Positions 54,501-64,000 of a stretch of DNA of 64,000 nt are shown here, piece after piece. Position 1 is the stretch's first letter. The number at the start of each line of letters is the position of its first letter. Position numbers and translations under genes: made by a program. The stretch comes from Centroscyllium fabricii (lineage: Eukaryota). The notes under the pieces are model-generated. The model saw only the letters and a list, made by a program, of their open reading frames with translations, was not told where the DNA came from and ran no database searches. Location of the stretch: positions 2,480,001-2,544,000 of the forward strand of contig JBNRSN020000089.1 of assembly GCA_051313645.2 (NCBI GenBank), in the 5' to 3' direction.

Positions 54501-57500
54501 AGACAATATCCATCTGTGAACAATATATCTGAAAATGTCCATCTGTGTACAATACATCAGACAATGTCCATCTGTGTACAATACATCAGGCAATATCCAT
54601 CTGTGTACAATACATCGGAAAATGTCCATCTGTGTACAATACATCAGACAATATCCATCTGTGAACAATACATCAGACAATGTTCATCTGTGTACAATAC
54701 ATCAGACAATGTCCATCTGTGAACAATGCATCAGACAATGTCCATCTATGTACAATACATCAGACATTGCCCATCTGTGCACAATATATCAGACATTATC
54801 CATCTGTGTACAATACATCAGAAAGTGTCCATCTGTGTACAATGCATCAGACAATGTCCATCTGTGAACAATACATCAGACAATACCCATCGTGTAGAAA
54901 ACATCAGACATTGTCAATCTGTGTACAATATATCAGACAATATCCATCTGTGTACAATACATCAGACATTGTCCGTCTGTGTACAATACATCAGACAATG
55001 TCCATCTGTGAACAATACATCAGACAATGTCCAACTGTGTACAATACATCAGACAATGTCCATCTGTGAACAATACATCAGACAATATCCATCTGTGTAC
55101 AATAGATCAGACCATGCCCATCTGTGAACAATACCTCAGACAATGTCCATCTGTGAACAATACAACAGATATTGTCCATCTGTGTACAATATATCAGACA
55201 TTGTCCATCTGTGTACAATACATCAGACATTGTCCATCTGTGTACAATACAACAAAAAATATCCATCTGTTTACAATACATCCGACAATGTACATCTGTG
55301 TACAATACATCAGACAATATCCATCTGTGTACAATACATCAGACAATGTCCATCTGTGTACAATACATCAGACAATGTCCATCTTTGAACAATACATCAG
55401 ACAATATCCATCGGTGTACATTATATCTGATAATATCCATCTGTGTACAATACATCAGACAATGACCATCAGTGAACAATACATCTGACAATGTCCATCT
55501 GTGAACAATACATCAGACAATATCCATCTGTGTACAATACTCCAGGCAATATCGATCTATGTACAATACATCAGACAAAGTCCATCTGTGGACAATATAT
55601 CAGACAATGTCCATCTGTGTAAAATACATCAGACAATATCCATCTTTGAACTATACATCGGACATTATCCATCTGTGTACAATACATCAGACATGGTCCA
55701 TCTGTGAACAATACATCAGTAATTATCCATCTGTGTACAATCCATCAGACAATATCCATCTGTGTACAATATTTCAGACAATGCCCATCTGTGAACAATA
55801 CATCAGACAATGTCCATCTATGAACAATACAACAGACATTGTCCATCTGTGTACAATACATCAGACAGTGTCCGTCTGTGTACAATACATCAGACATTGT
55901 CCATCTGTGTACAATACATCAGAAAATATCCATCTGTGTACAATACATCCGACAATGTCCTTCTGTGAACAATACATCAGACAATGTCCATCTTTGAACA
56001 ATACATCAGACAATGTCCATCTGTTTACAATACATCAGACAATGTCCATCTGTGTACAATACATCAGACAATATCCATCTGTGAACAATACATCAGACAA
56101 TGTTCATCTGTGTACAATACATCAGAAAATGTCCATCTGTGAACAATCCTTTTGACAATATCCATCATTGTACAGTACATCAGACAAAGTCCATCTGTGT
56201 ACAATACATCAGACAATGTCCATCTGTGAACAAAACATCAGACAATATCCAACTCTGAACAATGCATCAGAGGATGTCCATCTGTGTACAATACATCAGA
56301 CAATATCCATCTGTGTACAATATATCAGACATTATCCATCTGTATACAATACATCAGACATTATCCATCTGTGTACAATACATCAGACAATATCCATCTG
56401 TGAACAATACATCAGACATAGTCCATCTGTGTACAATACTTCAGACAATGTCCAACTGTGTACAATAATTAAGACAATGTCCATCTAGAGTGCAATACAT
56501 CAGACAATGTCCATCTGTGAAAAATACATCAGACAATATCCATCTGTGAACAATACATCAGACAATATCCCTCTGTCTACAATACATCATACATTGTCCA
56601 TCTGTACAATACATCGGACAATATCCATCTGTGTACAATACATCAGACATTATCCATCTGTGTACAATACATCAGACAATGTCCATCTGTGAACAATAAA
56701 TCAGAAAATATCCATCTGTAAACAATACATCAGACAATGTCCATCTGTGTACAATACATCAGACAATATCCATCTGTGTACAATATATCAGACAATATCC
56801 ATCTGTGTACAGTATATCAGACAATGTCCATCTGTGTACAATACATCAGAAAATATCAATCTGTGTACAATACATCAGACAATGTCCATTTGTTTACAGT
56901 ACATCAGACAATGTCCATCTGTTTACAGTACATCAGACAATGTCCTTCTGTGTACAATGCATCAGACAATGTCCTTCTGTAAACAATACATCCGACAATA
57001 TCCATCTGTGAGCAATACATCAGACAATATCCATCTGTGTACAATACATCAGACAATGTCCATCCGTACAATACATCAGACAATATCCATCTGTGTACAA
57101 TACATCAGACATTATCCATCTGTATACAATACATCAGACAATGTCCATCTGTGAACAATACGTCAGACAATATCCATCTATGAACAATACATCAGACAAC
57201 ATCCATCTGTGTACAGTATTTCAGATAATGTCCATCTGTGTAGAATATATCAGACAACATCCATCTGTGTACAGTACTTCAGAGAATGTCCATCTGTGTA
57301 CAATACATCAGACAATATCCATCTGTGTACAATATATCAGACAATGTCCATCTGTGAACAATACTTCAGACAATGTCCATCTGTGTACAATACATGAGAC
57401 AATGTCCATCTGTGTACAGTACATCAGACAATGTCCATCTGTGTATAGTACGTCAGACAATGTCCTTCTTTTAACAGTTCATCAGACTATGTCCATCTGT

Positions 57501-59969
57501 GTACAATAAATCAGACACTGTCCATCTGTGTACAATACATCCCAAAATGTCCACCTGTGAACAATACATAAGAAAATATCTATCTTTGTACAGTACATCA
57601 GAATATGTCCTTCTGTGTACAATACATCAGAAAATGTCCATCTGTGAACAATACATAAGAGATTATCCATCTGTGTACAATACATCAGACATTATCCATC
57701 TGTGTACAATACATCAGAAAATGTCCATCTGTGAACAATACATAAGACATTATCCATCAGTGTACAATACATCAGACATTATCTACCTGTGAACAATAAA
57801 TCAGACAATTTCCATCTGTGCACAATACATCAGACAAATGTCCATGTGTGTACAATACATCAGACAATATCCATCTGTGTAAAATACATCAGACAATGTC
57901 CCTCTTTGTCCAATACATCAGACAATATCCATCTGTGAACAATACATCAGACAATAACCATCTTTGTACAATACATCAGACAATATCCAGCTGTGTACAA
58001 TACATCACTATATGGCCATCTGTGTACAATACATCAGACAATATCCATCTGCGTACAATACATCAGACATTATCCATCTGTGAACAATACATCAGACATT
58101 ATCCATCTGTGTACAATACATCAGACATGGTCCATCTGTGAACAAAACATCAGATAATATCCATCTCTGAAAAATACATCAGAGGATGTCCATCTGTGTA
58201 CAATACATCAGACAATATCAATCTGTGTACAATATTTCAGACATTATCCATCTGTATACAATGCATCAGACATTATCCATCTGTGTACAATTCATCAGAA
58301 AATATCCATCTCTGAACAATACATCCGACAATGTCCATCTGTGTACAATACATCAGACAATGTCTAACTGTGTACAATAATTAATACAATGTCCATATAG
58401 AGTGCAATACATCAGACAATGTCAATTTGTGTACAATACATCAGACAATGTCCATCTGTGAACAATACCTCAGTCAATATCCATCTGTGAACAATACATC
58501 AGACAATATCCATCTGTGTACAATACATCAGACATTGTCCATCTGTACAATACATCGGACAATGTCCATCTGTGTACAATACATCAGACATTATCCAGCT
58601 GTGTACAATACATCAGACAATGTCCACCTGTGAACAATAAATCAGACAATATCCTTCTGTAAACAGTACATCAGACAATGTCCATCTGTGTATAATACAT
58701 CAGAAAATATCCATCTGTGTACAATATATCAGACAATATCCATCTGTGTACAGTATATCAGACAATGTCCACCTGTGTACAATACATCAGACAATATCCA
58801 TCTGTGTACAATACATCAGACAATGTCCATCTGTGAACAATACATCAGGCAATGTCCATCTGTGTACAATACATCAGACAATGTCCATCTTTGTACAGTA
58901 CATCAGACAATGTCCATCTGTTTACAGTACATCAGACAATGTCCTTCTGTGTACAGTACATCAGAAAATGTCCATCTGTGTACAAAACATCAGACACTGT
59001 CCATCTGTGTACAATACATCAGAAAATGTCCATCTGTGAACAATACATAAGACAATATCCATATGTGTAAAGTTCATCAGCCAATGTCCATCTTTGTACA
59101 GTACATCAGAAAATGTCAATCTGGGAACAATACATAAGACATTATACATCTGTGTACAATACATCAGACATTATCCATCTGTGTGCAATACATCAGAAAA
59201 TGTCCATCTGTGAACAATAGATAAGACATTATCCATCTGTGTACAATACATCAGACATTATGCATCTGTGAACAATACATCAGACAATATCCATCTGTGT
59301 ACAATACATTAGACAAATGTCCATCTGTGTACAATACATCAGACAATATCCATCAGTGTACAATACATCAGACAATGTCCATCTGTGTACAATACATCAG
59401 ACAATATCCATCTGTGAACAATATATCAGAAAATGTCCTTCTGCGCACAATACACAAGACATTATCAATCTGTGTACAATCCAGCAGACATTATACATCT
59501 GTGTAGAATATATCAGACAATATCCATCTGTGAATAATACATCAGAAAATGTCCATCTATGTACAATACATCAGACATTATCTATCTGTGAATAATACAT
59601 CAGACAATATCCATCTGTGTACAATGCATCAGACAATGTCCATCTGTGAACAATACATCAGACAATATCCATCTGTGTACAAAACATCAGACATTTTCCA
59701 TCTGTGTACAATACATCAGACAAGATCCATCTATGTACAATACATCAGACATTGACCGTCTTTGTACAATAAATCAGGCAATGTCCATCTGTGAACAATA
59801 CATCAGTCAATGTCCATCTGTGTACAATACATCAGACAATGTCCATCTGTGAACAATACATAAGACAAAATCCATCTTTGTACAGTACATCAGCCAATGT
59901 CCATCTCTGTACAATACATCAGAAAATGCCCATCTGGGAACAATACATAAGACATTATACATCTGTTTA

Positions 59970-62900
59970 CAATACATCAGACATTATCCATCTGTGTGCA
60001 ATACATCAGAAAATGTCCATCTGTGAACAATAGATAAGTCATTATCCATCTGTGTACAATACATCAGATATTATGCATCTGTGAACAATAAATCTGACAA
60101 TATCCATCTGTGTACAAAACATCAGACAAATGTCCATCTGTGTACACTACATCAGACAATATCCTTCTGTGTACAATACATCAGACAATGTCCATCTGTG
60201 TACAATACATCAGACAATATCCATCTGTGAATAATACATCAGACAATATCCATCTGTGTACAATGCAACTGACAACGTCCATCTGTGAACAATACATCAG
60301 ACAATATCCATCTGCGTACAAAACATCAGACATTGTCCATCTGTGTACAATTCATCAGACAATATCCATCTATGTACAATACATCAGACATTGTCCGTCT
60401 GTGTACAATACATCAGACAATGTCCATCTGTGTACAATACATCAGAGAATATCCATCTGTGAACAATACATCAGACAATGTCCATCTGTGTACAATACAT
60501 CAGAAAATGTCCATCTGTGAACAATCCATTAGACAATATCCATCTTTGTACAGTACATCAGACAAAGTCCATCTGTGTACAATACATCAGACAATGTCCA
60601 TCTGTGAACAAAACATCAGACAATATCCATCTCTGAACAATACATCAGAGGATGTATATCTGTGTACAATACATCAGACAATATCCATCTGTGTACTATA
60701 TATCAGACAATATCCATCTGTATACAATACATCAGACATTATCCATCTGTGTACAATACATCAGACAATATCCATCTGTGAACAATACATCAGACAATGT
60801 CCATCTGTGTACAAAACATCAGACAATGTGCAACTGTGTACAATACTTAAGACAATGTCCATCTAGAGTGCAATACATCAGACAATGTCCATTTGTGTAC
60901 AATACATCAGACAATGTCCATCTGTGAACAATACAACAGACAATATCCATCTGTGAACAATACATCTGAAAATATCCATCTGTGTACAATACATCAGACA
61001 TTGTCCATCTGTACAATACATCGGACAATGTCCATCTGTGTACAATACATCAGACATTATCCATCTGTGTACAATACATCAGACAATGTCCATCTGTGAA
61101 CAATAAATCAGACAATATCCATCTGTAAATAATACATCAGACAATGTCCATCTGTGTACAATACATCAGACAATATCCATTTGTGTACAATATATCAGAC
61201 AATATCCATCTGTGTACAGTATATCAGACAATGTCCATCTGTGTACAATACATCAGAAAATATCCATCTGTGTACAATACATCAGACAATGTCCATCTGT
61301 GAACAATACATCAGACAATGTCCATCTGTGTACAATACATCAGACAATGTGCATCTGTGTACAGTACATCAGACAATTTCCATTTGTTTACAGTACATCA
61401 AACAATGTCCTTCTGTGTACAGTACATCAGAAAATGTCCATCTGTGTACATTACATCAGACACTGTCCATCTGTGTACAATACATCAGAAAATGTCCATC
61501 TGTGAACAACACATCAGACAATATCCATCTGTATACAAAACATCAGACATTTTCCATCTGTGTACAATACATCAGAGAATGTCCATCTGTGAACAATACA
61601 CCAGACAATATCCATCGTGTACAAAGCATCAGACATTGTCCATCTGTGTACAATACTTCAGACAATATTCATCTATGTACAATACATCAGAAAATGTCCA
61701 TTTTTGAACAATAGATAAGACATTATCCATCTGTGTACAATACATCAGACATTATGCATCTGTGAACAATACATCAGACAATATCCATCTGTGTACAAAA
61801 CATCAGACATTGTCCCTCTGTGTACAATACATCAGACAATATCCATCTATGTACAATACATCAGACATTGTCCGTCTGTGTACAATAAATCAGGCAATGT
61901 CCATCTGTGAACAATTCATCAGAAAATGTCCATCTCTGTACAATACATCAGACAATGTCCATCTGTGAACAATATATAAGACAATATCCATCTGTGTACA
62001 GTACATCAGACAATGTCCATCTGTGTACAATACATCAGAAAATGCCCATCTGGGAACAATACATAAGACATTATACATCTGTGTACAATACATCAGACAT
62101 TATCCATCTGTGTGCAATACATCAGAAAATGTCCATCTGTGAACAATAGATAAGACATTATGCATCTGTGTACAATACATCAGACATTATGCATCTGTGA
62201 ACAATCCATCAGACCATATCCATCTGTGTACAATACATCAGACATTATCCATCTGTGTGCAATACATCAGAAAATGTCCATCTGTGAACAATAGATAAGT
62301 CATTATCCATCTGTGTACAATACATCAGATATTATGCATCTGTGAACAATACATCTGACAATATCCATCTGTGTACAAAACATCAGACAAATGTCCATCT
62401 GTGTACACTACATCAGACAATATCCTTCAGTGTACAATACATCAGACAATGTCCATCTGTGTACAATACATCAGACAATATCCATCTGTGAATAATACAT
62501 CAGACAATATCCATCTGTGTACAATGCAACTGACAACGTCCATCTGTGAACAATACATCAGACAATATCCATCTGCGTACAAAACATCAGACATTGTCCA
62601 TCTGTGTACAATTCATCAGACAATATCCATCTATGTACATTACATCAGACATTGCCCGTCTGTGTACAATACATCAGACAATGTCCATCTGTGTACAATA
62701 CATCAGACAATATCCATCTGTGAACAATACCTCAGACAATGTCCATCTGTGTACAATACATCAGAAAATGTCCATCTGTGAACAATCCATTAGACAATAT
62801 CCATCTTTGTACAGTACATCAGACAAAGTCCATCTGTGTACAATACATCAGACAATGTCCATCTGTGAACAAAACATCAGACAATATCCATCTCTGAACA

Positions 62901-64000
62901 ATACATCAGAGGATGTATATCTGTGTACAATACATCAGACAATATCCATCTGTGTACTATATATCAGACAATATCCATCTGTATACAATACATCAGACAT
63001 TACCCATCTGTGTACAATACATCAGACAATATCCATCTGTGAACAATACATCAGACAATGTCCATCTGTGTACAATACATCAGACAATGTGCAACTGTGT
63101 ACAATACTTAAGACAATGTCCATCTAGAGTGCAATACATCAGACAATGTCCATTTGTGTACAATACATCAGACAATGTCCATCTGTGAACAATACAACAG
63201 ACAATATCCATCTGTGAACAATACATCTGAAAATATCCATCTTTGTACAATACATCAGACATTGTCCATCTGTACAATACATCGGACAATGTCCATCTGT
63301 GTACAATACATCAGACATTATCCATCTGTGTACAATACATCAGACAATGTCCATCTGAGAACAATAAATCAGACAATATCCATCTGTAAATAATACATCA
63401 GACAATGTCCATCTGTGTACAATACATCAGACAATATCCATTTGTGTACAATATATCAGACAATATCCATCTGTGTACAGTATATCAGACAATGTCCATC
63501 TGTGTACAATACATCAGAAAATATCCATCTGTGTACAATACATCAGACAATGTCCATCTGTGAACAATACATCAGACAATGTCCATCTGTGTACAATACA
63601 TCAGACAATGTGCATCTGTGTACAGTACATCAGACAATTTCCATTTGTTTACAGTACATCAAACAATGTCCTTCTGTGTACAGTACATCAGAAAATGTCC
63701 ATCTGTGTACATTACATCAGACACTGTCCATCTGTGTACAATACATCAGAAAATGTCCATCTGTGAACAATACATCAGACAATATCCATCTGTATACAAA
63801 ACATCAGACATTTTCCATCTGTGTACAATACATCAGAGAATGTCCATCTGTGAACAATACACCAGACAATATCCATCGTGTACAAAACATCAGACATTGT
63901 CCATCTGTGTACAATACTTCAGACAATATTCATCTATGTACAATACATCAGAAAATGTCCATTTTTGAACAATAGATAAGACATTATCCATCTGTGTACA
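59970..64000. repeat. 2,261-bp (78-monomer) higher-order repeat, about 1.8 copies visible
   Basis: Markers 60110/62371, 60285/62546, 60893/63154 and 61154/63415 all differ by 2261. Confidence 0.88.

Larger units (their letters stand above)
10933..64000. repeat. 29-bp tandem satellite, right arm (continues off the window edge)
   Basis: Same monomer and same orientation as the left arm. No inversion or second insertion was seen across 53 kb. Confidence 0.99.

Noticed and set aside
97-63975. Hundreds of Cys/His-rich ORFs (YNTSDNVHLCTIHQTMSICVQYIRQCPSV repeats) resembling zinc-finger or repeat proteins
   Set aside because: The consensus 29-mer has no + strand stop codon, so three monomers give a 29-aa repeat in all frames. 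ORFs end at random GTGAAC/AATAAA variants and indel monomers shift the frame freely. The spacing does not match C2H2 fingers.
1-64000. CRISPR array (29-bp repeat with partial palindrome)
   Set aside because: The repeats are head-to-tail with no unique spacers, there are no cas genes, and the context is eukaryotic.

Overview
Eukaryotic repeat DNA with no host genes. About 59 kb of the window is a tandem satellite with a 29-bp monomer (consensus ACAATACATCAGACAATGTCCATCTGTGT). It is organised into nested higher-order repeats of 2,898 bp (exactly 100 monomers), 4,432 bp, 8,314 bp, 11,039 bp and 2,261 bp. One apparently full-length, intact CR1-clade LINE (about 5844-10932, + strand) interrupts it; its 3' end suggests a vertebrate, probably cartilaginous-fish, host (inference). 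The LINE has three notable properties. (i) Its 5' end is 8.5 near-identical CpG-rich 101-bp monomers, each with two TATA-like boxes, and the element begins about 32-34 nt downstream of where a TATA box of a preceding monomer would sit. (ii) ORF1 encodes a CX2C-X16-CX2C finger, coiled coil and SGNH esterase. (iii) ORF1 ends in an in-frame U_UUA_AAC slippery heptamer followed by the stop codon and a G-quadruplex motif; ORF2 (APE+RT) is in the -1 frame and its first endonuclease motif lies upstream of its first ATG, which points to programmed -1 ribosomal frameshifting. The hundreds of short ORFs in the satellite are artefacts of the repeat. All coordinates and periods were counted by hand from the sequence and the ORF track; no database search was run.
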